NCBI RefSeq assembly: GCF_028641065.1
Contig: NW_026576498.1
Coordinates: forward strand, 1 to 64,000
Direction: 5' to 3'
Length of the DNA: 64,000 bases
From: Leucoraja erinacea
Taxonomy: Eukaryota
Positions 22,501-60,500 of the stretch are shown in pieces; the stretch's first letter is position 1; the number at the start of each line of letters is the position of its first letter. Under the pieces are notes generated by a model. That model was not told where the DNA came from. It made no database searches and saw only the letters and a list, made by a program, of their open reading frames with translations. Made by a program: the position numbers and the translations under genes.

Positions 22501-23591
22501 TGGTGAGTCTGTGGAATTCTCTGCCTCAGAGGGCGGTGGAGGCCGGTTCTCTGGATGCTTTCAAGAGAGAGCTAGATAGGGCTCGTAAAGATAGCGGAGT
22601 CAGGGGGATATGGGGAGAAGGCAGGAACGGGGTTACTGATTGGGGATGATCAGCCGTGATCACATTGAAGGGCCGAATGGCCTACTCCTGCACCTATTGT
22701 CTATTGCTATTGAGTTCTGAGCGAGTTAGGGTGAGCTTGGAGAGGGTACAATGGGTTTGTTGCTTGCCGTGTGGGGGGTAGGGGGGGGGTGGAGATAGAG
22801 GGTGCAGTGGAGGGAGGGGTCAGGTGTAAGGAGCAAGGGGGTGGGGGGAGAATGATAGAAAGAGACAGAGACAGAGGCACAGGCAGCAGGTTGAGAAGGG
22901 TTAAGTGCAGATCGCACGGCTTTGGCTCTCTCTAGATATTACTTATTCCTTGTTCTTTACCACTATTTTGATTGCAAGCAGCTTATGGGTGATATTCCAG
23001 GCGTCTCGGGTAGAAACAGTAGGGGAGCTGGCAAGGACTGGTTGGACATCTGATCCCAATTATTACAGAATCTATGGGTCAGTAAGAAGCCTTTCAGCGG
23101 CGGTTTAGTTGAGAGATACAGCGTGCAAACAGGCCCTTCGGCCCACCCAGTCCGTGCCAACCAGCAAATCACCCGTTCACACTAATTCTATGCTACGCCC
23201 CAGGGACAATTTACAGTAGGTTGGGGCATTTTTCTAGCCTTATGAAAAATGTCCACGAGTAAAAAAGGTCGTGAATTAAGTCGTGAAAGTGGGACAGGCC
23301 CTTAACCATGAATTCCTGATCTTCCAATCTACCTCATTGCAGCCCTTGCACTTTTTTAAAAAAAAAACTCTGCACTTTCTCTGACACGGCACTGTTTATT
23401 TTCTCTTATGTAACAGGAAAAATGAATATTTTTCACCCTACCTCAGCGCAGGTGACAATAACAAACCAATACTTTTGGGAAAAGCGTGGAATCGCAAATC
23501 CTGTACCCAACGAGCAGGAAGTCGCCGACCCTGGGAACGCAAAAATACACACCAGCGTGAAAGTTGTTTTTTAAAAATAGTTCTACAAAGT

Positions 23592-23597
23592 TTTATT
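23592..23597 (-). terminator. Probable CNTROB polyadenylation signal (AATAAA)
   Basis: TTTATT on the + strand at the end of a largely non-repetitive ~1.6 kb stretch downstream of the CNTROB stop codon. Confidence 0.5.
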
Positions 23598-25186
23598 ATA
23601 TAAAATCCATATTAAAATAAGGCACTTATGATAATTACAAAAATCACATACACACACACACACACACATAAATAAATATAAACTCACAGAAATCAGGGAA
23701 CAAAGAGAATGAGACAAAAATCACCTGGGATGGAAGAAATTAGGTTCATCCGGCACAAAACCTTTGGATAGAAGATATTAAGTGCTAAGAGTTAAATAGT
23801 GTTAGGCGTTTGAAGAGGGGGAAAATACTGCACGTAAAACAGAAGGAAGCTTCTTTAAGACTATCCAAAGACTTATTTAATAGACTTCAGTTGGACAGAG
23901 TCCTATGTTGAGTCAAAACAGACACAGAATGTTGGAGCAATTCAGCGGGTCAGGCAACATCTCTGGAGAACAGGGAGAGGTGGCGTTTTGGGTCAGGACC
24001 CTTTTTCAGAACTCTCCCCGAAGAAGGGACCTGAGCCAAAACATGGCCTATCCATGTTCTCCAGAGATGCTGCCTGTGCCGCTGAGTTACTCCAGCACTA
24101 TCCAGCCCTTTGGGATAGAGAGCTGTTTGGTCGAATTTGAGAGCCGGTGGTGGGGACATGATTCTGGGGAGGATGGACAAGGGAGAACATGATGGAAACT
24201 GCACCCCAGGCGAGACCTTCGACTGCACAGTGGGGGGGGACACAGGCTGCCAGTACAGACACGAGGTGTCACAATCTCCATCGGGAGGGGAGTCAACCTA
24301 AAAGCAGAATGTCGCAACCTCCTGTAAATCTGCTGAACACTCTGAGGTGGCCGTTCGTTCATAGAAACAGTAGCACCGGTTATGCTTGCGGGAGTCTGAC
24401 TTGGGGGCCCCTTCGAGCTTTAACCCCGGCTAAGACGACTGGCGCTTGGGCCATCGTTTCTTGGCCGATGAAGGAATATTTTCTCCCGGTTGGGACGAAA
24501 CAGCGGCCGGAATAAAAGGGGAATTTGGTCAAAAAATAGACTGTTCCGTAAATGATGCAAATCGAGATTTTAAACCAAAACAATGCCGTGATTTGCGTGC
24601 GATGGTAAATGTTATGGAAACGCAGCATTTAATTTATGATCAGGTTAAACTGCCAGTAGATGAGACTTAAGCCGGCAGGAAAACAAGAGGCACATTTTCC
24701 AACTGTGCCCGTCGCTCTCGAACCACCACTCTCAGACCACTCGCTCCTGATCATCAACCGCAGAGCACCGTTGCCGTGACCCGGCACAACCGGACCGTGA
24801 GACCAATGAGGAAACTGGGCGGCTGAAGCGAGGACGAGAAGCAAGAGAAAGAGACGCCAATGAGATGTGTTGGAAGCAGCGATGAATGGAACGGGCTGCA
24901 GCTGAGAGCAACAATATCTCGTCTTCCAAATTCCCGTTTGACCGCCAACGTATCTCGTCTTCCAAATTCAACCCTGACATTGCCGGACGGATTGGCACCG
25001 TACAAATTATTTTTGTGCCGACTCTTATGAAAAGTTGAAACAATCCGGCATTGCTGGTTAAAGATCCTTCTACGACAGGTCCTGGCAGCTCACAGAGGCT
25101 GCCGAGAGAGGGCCCAGGCCTTCAGGAAGACAGTGCCTCACGGTTCAGTATCCAGAATTCGTTGAGCGGGTCACTCCACAGCCTGA

Positions 25187-52235
<27,049 letters not shown>

Positions 52236-52479
52236 CCGTTCAAGTCCCTCCGCGTCTCGGACACAATCCTGTCAACAGACAATAGGTGCAGGAGTAGGTC
52301 ATTCGGCCCTTCGAGCCAGCACCGACCGCTCTCCCTCCCCAACCCCTCACCTCCCTGTCCCCTCACCCCTTCTCCCCTCTCCCCCTCACCCACCCTCTCC
52401 CAGTCCGGTGTCTCTCCCCCTTTGCCGTGTCTCTCCCTCTCACCGCTTCTCCCCACTCCGTCCACTGTAACTCGTGTGT

Positions 52480-54900
52480 GTCCCCGCTCCGTGCCTCACC
52501 CCCCACTGGTAGTCTGTGTCTGTCCATGCCCGCTGTAGCCCGTCTCTGTCACCCTCTCCCCTCCAACTGTAGCCCGTGTGTGTGAGTGAGTGTGAGTCCG
52601 CTGTAGCCCGTGTGTTGTCCTTGTCTCTCACCCTGTTGTAGTGTGTGTGTGTGTCACCCTCTGTGGCCCTTGTGTGTGTCTCTCTCTCACCCCGCTGTAG
52701 TGTGTGTGTGTGTGAGCCCGCTGTAGTGTGAGTGTGAGCCCGCTGTAGTGTGAGTGTGACCCTGCTGTAGTGTGAGCCCGCTGTAGTGTGAGCCCGCTGT
52801 AGTGTGAGTGTGACCCTGTAGTGTGAGTGTGAGCCCGCTGTAGTGTGAGTGTGAGTCCGCTGTAGTGTGAGCCCGCTGTAGTGTAGTGTGAGTCCGCTGT
52901 AGTGTGAGTGCGAGTGTGAGTGTGAGTGTGAGTGTGAGTGTGAGTCCGCTGTAGTGTGAGTGTGAGCCCGCTGTAGAGTGTGAGTGTGAGTGAGTGTCCC
53001 TGTAGTGTGAGCCCGCTGTAGAGCGAGTGTGAGCCCGCTGTAGTGTGTGAGTGTGAGCCCGTTGTAGTGTGAGTGTGAGCCCGCTGCTGTGTGAGAGTGT
53101 GAGTGTGAGCCCGCTGTAGTGTGAGTGTGAGCCCGCTGTAGTGTGAGTGTGAGTGTGAGTGCTGCCCGCTGTAGTGTGAGCCCGCTGTAGTGTGAGTGTG
53201 AGCCCGCTGTAGTGTGAGTGTGAGCCCGCTGTAGTGTGTGTGAGAGTGAGCCCGCTGTAGTGTAAGTGTGAGTCCGCTGAAGTGTGAGTCCGCTGTAGTG
53301 TGAGTGTGAGTCCGCTGTAGTGAGTCCACTGTGACCCGTGTGTGTGTCTCTCACCCCCACCCCCCTGTAGCCCGTGTCACCCTCTGTGTCCCCCGTGTGT
53401 GTGTGTGAGTGTGTGTGTATGTGTGTCAGTGTAGCCCGTGTACCCTGTAGTGTCACCCCCGCTGTAGCCCGTGTGACCGCTGTAGTGTGGAGTGTCACCC
53501 CCCTGTAGTGTGAGTGTGAGCCCGTCCCCTGTGTGTGTGTGTGTGTGAGCCCGCTGTGTGTGAGTGGTGTCACCCGCTGTAGTGTGTGTGTGTGAGCCCG
53601 CTGTAGTGTGTGAGTGTGAGCCCGCTGTAGTGCGAGTGTGAGCCCCCTGTAGTGTCTGTGAGTGTGAGCCTGCCCCTGGCAACGAGTGTGGCCGCTGTAG
53701 TGTGTCGCGCCCCCCTGCCCGTAGTGTGAGTGTCCCCGCTGTAGTGTGAGTGTGAGTGTGAGCCCGCCTGTAGTGTGAGTGTGGCCCTCCCTGTAGTGTG
53801 AGCCTCTGTGGTGACACACCGCTGTAGTGTGAGTGTGAGCCCGCACAGTAGTCTCTAACCAGTCACAGCACGCTGTGGTCACCTGTGAGTGTGAGCAGCT
53901 GTAGTGTGTGTGAGTGTGATCCCGCTGTAGTGGTGTGAGGGTGAGCCCGCTGTAGTGTGTGTGAGTGTGAGCCCGCTGTAGTGTGTGTGAGTGTGAGCCC
54001 CGCTGCAGTGTGTGTGAGTGTGAGCCCGCTGAGGGTGTGACTCTGTGTGAGCCCGCTGAGGAGAGGTAGGGAGTGGCCCGCTGGAGTGAGTCCACTGGGT
54101 CCCCGTGTCCCCCTCTGTGGTCGTCCCCCCACCCCCACGCTCTCCCACCCCCGTGTGTCCCTTGTCACCACCTCTGCCCGTGATCACCTGTGGTCTCTCA
54201 CCCCCAACCCCACTGTAGAAGGGTGTGTCACCCTCTATGTCTCTCACCCCACCCCCCACCACCAGGCGTAGCCCGTGTCACCCTCTGGTGTCCCCGTGTG
54301 TCTCTCACCCCCACACCCACTGTAGCCCGTGTCACACTCTGTGTCGATGGTGTGTCTCACCCCACCCCCACTGAGCCCTGTCACCCTCCTGTCAAAGGAG
54401 TGTGTGGTCACCCCACCCCCACTGTAGCCCCTGTGTCACCCCTCTGTGTCCCTGTGGGGGTGTGTCCTCACCCCCACTATAGCCCGGTCACCCTCGAGGT
54501 CTCTGTGTCTCTCACCCCCTTACCCCACTGTAGCCCGTGTCACCCTCTGTGTCACCCTCTATTGTTCCCACCCCCCACCCCACTATAGCCGGGTCACCCT
54601 GTGGAGGAGGGTGTCTGAAGGAGGGTAGCCTGTGTCACCATCCTGTGTCTCTCATCCCCCACACCCCACTGTAGCCTGTGGTCAACCATCTGTGTCTCTT
54701 ACCCCCACCCACAGGGTAGCCCGGGGTCAGAGGGATGTCTCTCACCCCCAGGGGAGGACTGTAGGCCCGTGTCACCCTCTGAGTCAGGACCCGAGGGGTG
54801 TGTGGTGTGCCTCTCACCCTCACTGTAGCCCGTGTCCACCCTCTCGGTGTAGAATAGGTGTGTGTGAGTGAGGGGGCAAGGGGAGGAGGGTAGGTGTCAA
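52480..54900. repeat. Degenerate GTGTGAGCCCGCTGTA / TGTGAG satellite-like tract
   Basis: Short units of variable length that become more degenerate to the right. The His/Thr-rich ORFs here are artefacts. Confidence 0.85.
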
Positions 54901-54959
54901 GGGGTGTCTCTCAACCCGAGGAGAGGAGGTAGCCCGGGAGGTCACCCTCCTGTGTCCCC

Positions 54960-57510
54960 GTGAGGCTCACCCCCAGGAGAGGCTGTAGAGGAGGAGGGAC
55001 CCTCTGTTGTCTCTCAGAGGAGGAGGGGGAGTAGGGGGGTCAGGGAGGGGTGAGGAGAGGTGTGGAGAGGGGGAGAGAGACCCGCGAGAGGGGAGGAGAG
55101 AGAGGGGGAGGAGGGCGGGAGAGGAGGGGGGGGAGGAGGAGAGGAGAGAGGGCCCCTGCACAAAGAAGAGGGGACCGCCCTCGAGGGGAGAGGAGAGGAG
55201 AGGCCGTCCCCCAGAGGAGCCGCCAAGGGGGGAGGAGGAGGGAGGGGAGGGCCTGAGGGGGAGGAGGGAGGGAGTGGAGGAGGAGAAGAGGGGAGAGGAG
55301 AGGAGAGGAGATTCTCTGGGAGGGAGGGGACAGAGATGGACCTCCCCCCGGGGAGAGAGAGGGAGGGGAGAGGAGAGAGGGAAAGGCGGAGGGGACACCC
55401 GGCAGCCAGGACCCCGGGGAGGCTGGAGAGGGAAGCGGAGAGGGGAGGAGGAGGGGGGGGAGGAGAGGAAGGAAGAGAGAGAGGGAGGGCAGGGGGAGGG
55501 GGGGGAGGAGGGGGAGAGGGGTGAGGGGAGGAGGGGGGGTGGAGGGGGGAGAGAGGTGGAGGAGGAGGAGGTGGGAGGAGAGGGGAGAGGGGAGGAGGAG
55601 AGAGGAGAAGAGAGAGGAAGGGAGGGGGGAGAGAAGGAGGAGGGGGANNNNNNNNNNNNNNNNNNNNNNNNNNNNNNNNNNNNNNNNNNNNNNNNNNNNN
55701 NNNNNNNNNNNNNNNNNNNNNNNNNNNNNNNNNNNNNNNNNNNNNNNNNNNNNNNNNNNNNNNNNNNNNNNNNNNNNNNNNNNNGGGGAGGGGAGGGAGG
55801 GGGGGAGGAGGTGGGGGGAGGGGAGGGGGAGAGAGGGGAGGAGAGAGATTGGGGAAGGGGGGAGGAAGAGGGGAGAGGGGGGGAAAAGAGGAGATAGGAA
55901 AGGAGAGGAAGAGGAGGAGAGAGGAGAGTGAGGGGGGAGGAGAAAGGGGAGAGAGGGGAGGAAGAGAGAGGGGGTGGAGTAGAGGGGGAGAGGAGGGGGA
56001 GAGAGAGGGAGGAGAGGAAAGGGGGGAGGGAGGAGGGAGGGGGGGGGAGAGAGGAGGAGAGAGGGGGAGAGAGGGAGGGGGAGGGTAGGGGAGAGGGAGA
56101 GAGGGGAGGGGAGGAAGGAGGAGGAGAGAGAGAGGAGAGGTGGGAGGGAGGAGGGGAAAGGAGGGGAGAGAAGGGAGAGGAGATGGGGGAGAGGAGGGGA
56201 AGGAGGAGGAGAGGGGAAGAGGGGAGGTAGAGGAGAGAGTGGAGAGGAGGAGCGAGAGAAAGGGAAAAGAAGAGGGAGAGGGTGGGAGGAGGTGAAGGAG
56301 AGGAGGTGGAGGGGAGGGGAGGAGAGAGGGGGAGGGAGGGGAGGGGGAGGAGGGGAGGAGGGGGAAAGGGAGGGAGAGGAGGGGAGGGGGGAGGAGGGAG
56401 GGAGAGAGGGGGAAGAGGTGGGGGATAGGGGGAGAGGAGAAGGAGAGTTGGAAAGGGAGGGAGGGGAAGGAGGGGAGGAGGTGAAGGGGAGAGGGAGGGA
56501 GGGAGAGGAGGGGGGGAGGGAGGAGGATGGTGGAGGGGAAAGGAGAAGGAGGTGAGGAGGAGGGGGAGAGGGAGGGGAGAGGAAAGTTAAAGGTGAAGGA
56601 GGGTTATGGTATGAGTGCAGGCAGGTGGGACTAAGGGGGAAAAAAAAATTGTTCGGCACGGACTTGTAGGGCCGAGATGGCCTGTTTCCGTGCTGTAATT
56701 GTTATATGGTTATAAGGAGGGAGTGGGGAGGAAGGTGAAGGAGGGAGGGGAGCTGAGGGGGAGGAGAGGAGGTGAAGGGGGAGGGGGTGGAGGAGCGGAG
56801 GTGAAAGGGGAAGTGGTGGAGAGTGAGAGGAGGGTGAGGAGGAAGAGGGAGATGGTGGAGGGGGGTGAGGGGGGAGGGAGGAGGAGGGGGAAGGGGGGGA
56901 GAGAAGGGGAAAAGGAGAGGAAGGAGAAGAGAACGAGAGGAGGGGAGAGAAGAAAGTTGGAGAGGACAGGAGAGTGAGGGGAGGAGGAGAAGAGGGGTGG
57001 TGAGCGGAGGGGAAGAAGAGGGGGGGAGGAGAGGAGGGAAAGGGGAGGAGAGGAGGGGGGAGGAGAGGGGAGAAGAGGGGGAGGGGTAGGAGAGGAGGAG
57101 ATGGTTAAGGGGGAGGGTAGGAGAGGAGGAGCTGGTTAAGGGGGAGGGTATAGGAGAGGAGGAATGGTTAAGGGGAGGGGAAGAGGAGAGGGTAGGAAAG
57201 GGAGAGGGGCGAGAGGAGAGGAGATAGAGGAGGTGAAGGGCGGGAGAGGGGAGGGAAGGGGGTGAAGGGGAGGGGAGGAGAGGGAGGGGAGGGGGGAGGG
57301 AGGTGGAAGGGGGGGAGGGGAGGAGGGGAGGGGAGGGGAGGAGGTGAAGGAGAGGAGAGGAGGTGAAGAGAGCAGGTGTTGAGGGAAGAGGGTGAGGGGA
57401 CTGAGGGCAAGATGGCTGATGGGATGGGGAAGAGAGAGGGAGGGCTAAAAGGAAGAAGAGATAGAAAGGAGGGAGGGGAGTGGGAGGATGGGAGAGCAGG
57501 GGGGTGAGGT
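54960..57510. repeat. Polypurine (GGA/GAG) low-complexity tract containing an N-gap
   Basis: Almost only G and A on the + strand over ~2.5 kb. Similar shorter tracts abut the gaps at ~35815-35896 and ~37120-37670. Confidence 0.9.
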
Positions 57511-57599
57511 AGATCAGCCATGATTGAATGGCAGAGTAGACTTGATGGGCTGAATGGCCTAATTCTGCTCCGATCACCTATGAGCTTTGTCCCCACTAG

Positions 57600-60500
57600 A
57601 TGACCGTCCACAATCTGTACATCTTTGATCGGAATGGGATCTGCCTTCATTACAGCGAGTGGAATCGGAAAAAGCACGCGGGCATCTCAAGGGACCAAGT
57701 GAGTATGGTTCAGGTGCACATTGGTCTATTTCGATCTCCCAGCGGCACGGTGGGGCAGCGGGTAGAGCTGCTACCTCACGGCAGGTTCGATCCCGACTAC
57801 GGGTGCTTGTCTGTACGGAGTTTGCACATTGGCTCCCGGTGCACTTTCGTGTTCATTTTAAGATACTGTTATTTGTTTTTAAATCTCTGAATGGGCTCGC
57901 CCCGCCTTACCTCTCTGAGCTGCTCCACCCATACGCTCCTGCCCGGTCCCTCAGGTCAGCTGGTCAGCTGCTCCTGGAGGTACCGAGGTCTAGTCGGAGG
58001 CTCAGAGGGGATAGAGCCTTCTCTGTTGCTGCTCCGGCACTCTGGAACACCCTGCCGTTGCACATCAGACAGGCCCCCTCACTGTCCATCTTCAAATCCA
58101 GTGTTAAAACGCATTTGTACTCCCTGGCTTTTTGACCATGCCTGAGGCTTTTGCTTCTGTTTGTGGTGTTTTTGAAGTTTCTTTATTTTACATGTCTTTT
58201 CCTACTATTTCTTTTGATTGTTATTTTTGGTGTGTATTAACTTTTTTGTCAATGATTAGTGATGTACAGCACTTTGTTGCAGCTATGTTTGTTTTTAAAG
58301 TGCTCTATAAATAAATTTATTATTATTATTATTATTATTTATTATTCTCCCCGTGACCTGCGTGGGTTTGCTTCGAGATCTTTGGCTTCCTCCCACACTC
58401 CACAGACGTAATTAGCTTGGTGTAAATGTAAAGTTGTCCCTAGTGGATGTGTGTGTCGAATAGTGTGATTGTTTGGGGATCGCTGGTCGGTGGCCAGCAA
58501 TTGCTGGCCAGAGATGCTGCCAGTCCCCGCTGGGCTAATCCAGCATTTAGTGTCTACCTTTGTACCTCTACAGTCTACATTCACCTTGGGAAACCTTCCC
58601 ATAGATTCCAATGCGATGGTCTCTCGTTGTCGACATTGAATGGTGGTGCTGTCTCGAAGGGCCGAATGGCCTACTCCTGCACCTATTGTCTATTGTCTAT
58701 TGTCGGCATGGACCCGGTGGGACAAAGGGCCTGGTTCTACTTCCCGGGATGGCGGGACTGTCATATACTGAGAGAATGGAGCGGCTGGGCTTGCACACTC
58801 TGTGGAGTTTAGAAGGATGAGAGGTGATCTCATTGAAACATCTAAGATTGTTAAGAGCTTGGACACGCTAGAGGCAGGAAACATGTTGGGGGAGTCCAGA
58901 ACCAGGGGCCACAGTTTAAGAATAGAGTGGTGAGTCTGTGGAATTCTCTGCCTCAGAGGGTGGTGGAGACCGACCGGTTCACTGGATGCTTTCAAGAGAG
59001 AGTTAGATAGGGCTCTTAAAAATAGCAGAGTCAGAGGATATGGGGAGAAGGCAGGAACGGGGTACTGATGGGGGATGATCAGCCATGATCACATTGAATG
59101 GCGGTGCTGGTTCAAGGGGCCGAATGGCCTCTACTCCTGCACCTATTGTCTATTGTCTACTTTGTACCTGTATCAGTTTGAAGAAAGGTCTCGAATCAAA
59201 ACATCCAGTCTGAAGAAGGGTCTCTGGACCTGAAACGTCACCCATTCCTTCTCTCCAGAGATGCTGCCTGTCCCGCTGAGCTACTCCAGCATTTAGTGTA
59301 CCTCGACAGTCTACATTCACTCTGCGAAAACCTTCCACTGATTCCAATGCGATGATCTCTCGTTGTCGACGCAGGCTCAGTAATTGCCACGTGCTTCTGC
59401 TTTCTGCTTCCAGGAATACCAGCTGATGTACGGAATGCTCTTCTCCATCCGCTCCTTTGTCAACAAGATGTCTCCGGTCGATTTGTATCCTTTGCTGATC
59501 CCCTGCCAGCCAGTCCAGGCCAGAAAACGGGTGATAGCCCGCGAGGACATGTCCCGCATTGAAACAGGCCCTGCGACCCGCTAAGTCCACGCCGACCACG
59601 GAGAGGATGTGGATGTGGAGAGGATGTTTCCACTAGTGGGAGAGTTTCGGCTCGAGACCCTACTTCAGACCCGAAACGTCACCCCCTTCCTCCTCTCCAT
59701 AGATGCTGCCCGTCCCTCTGAGTTACTCCAGCTTTTTGTGTCTTATCTTTGGTTCAAACCAGCATCTGCAGTTCCGTCCTAAACACAATGGTCCATTGTT
59801 TAACTCAGTGTTTAAGGGGGAGGGGGTGGACCGAGAGGGAAGGGAAGAATTGACAAGGGAGTTATGGAGGGGGAGGGGGAGGGGGTGGACCGAGAGGGTC
59901 TGAAGAAGGGTTTCGGCCCGAAACGTTGCCTATTTCCTTCGCTCCATAGATGCTGCTGCACCCGCTGAGTTTCTCCAGCTTTTTTGTGTAACCATTGTTT
60001 AACTCATCCTTGGTTGTCTGTTGCTGGCTCTGATTTGTTCTGGTCTTTCCCCACCTCCAATTCCGTCACCACTCTACTTTCAGTCTCAATAGACAATAGG
60101 TGCAGGAGTAGGCCATTCGGCCCTTCGAGCCAGCACCTCCATTCAATGTGATCATGGCTGATCATCCCCAATCAGTACCCCGTTTCTGCCTTCTCCCCAT
60201 ATCCCCTGACTCCGCTATCTTTAAGAGCCCTATCTAGCTCTCTCTTGAAAGCATCCAGAGAACTGGCCTCCACCGCCCTCTGAGGCAGAGAATTCCACAG
60301 ACTCGCCACTCTCTCTGTTTCCTCGTCTCCGTTCTAAATGGCTTACTCCTTATTCTTAAACTGTGCCCCCTGGTTCTGGACTCCCCCAACATCGGGAACA
60401 TGTTTCCTGCCTCCAAGCCCTTATGAAGAAAGGTCCCGACTCGAAACGTCACCCATCCTTTTACTCCACAGATGCTGCCGGACCCCGCTGAGTTACTCCA

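Noticed and set aside
52440-57677. Very long His/Thr-rich, Pro/Ser-rich and Gly/Glu/Arg-rich ORFs
   Set aside because: Translations of low-complexity satellite and polypurine sequence, partly across N-gaps.
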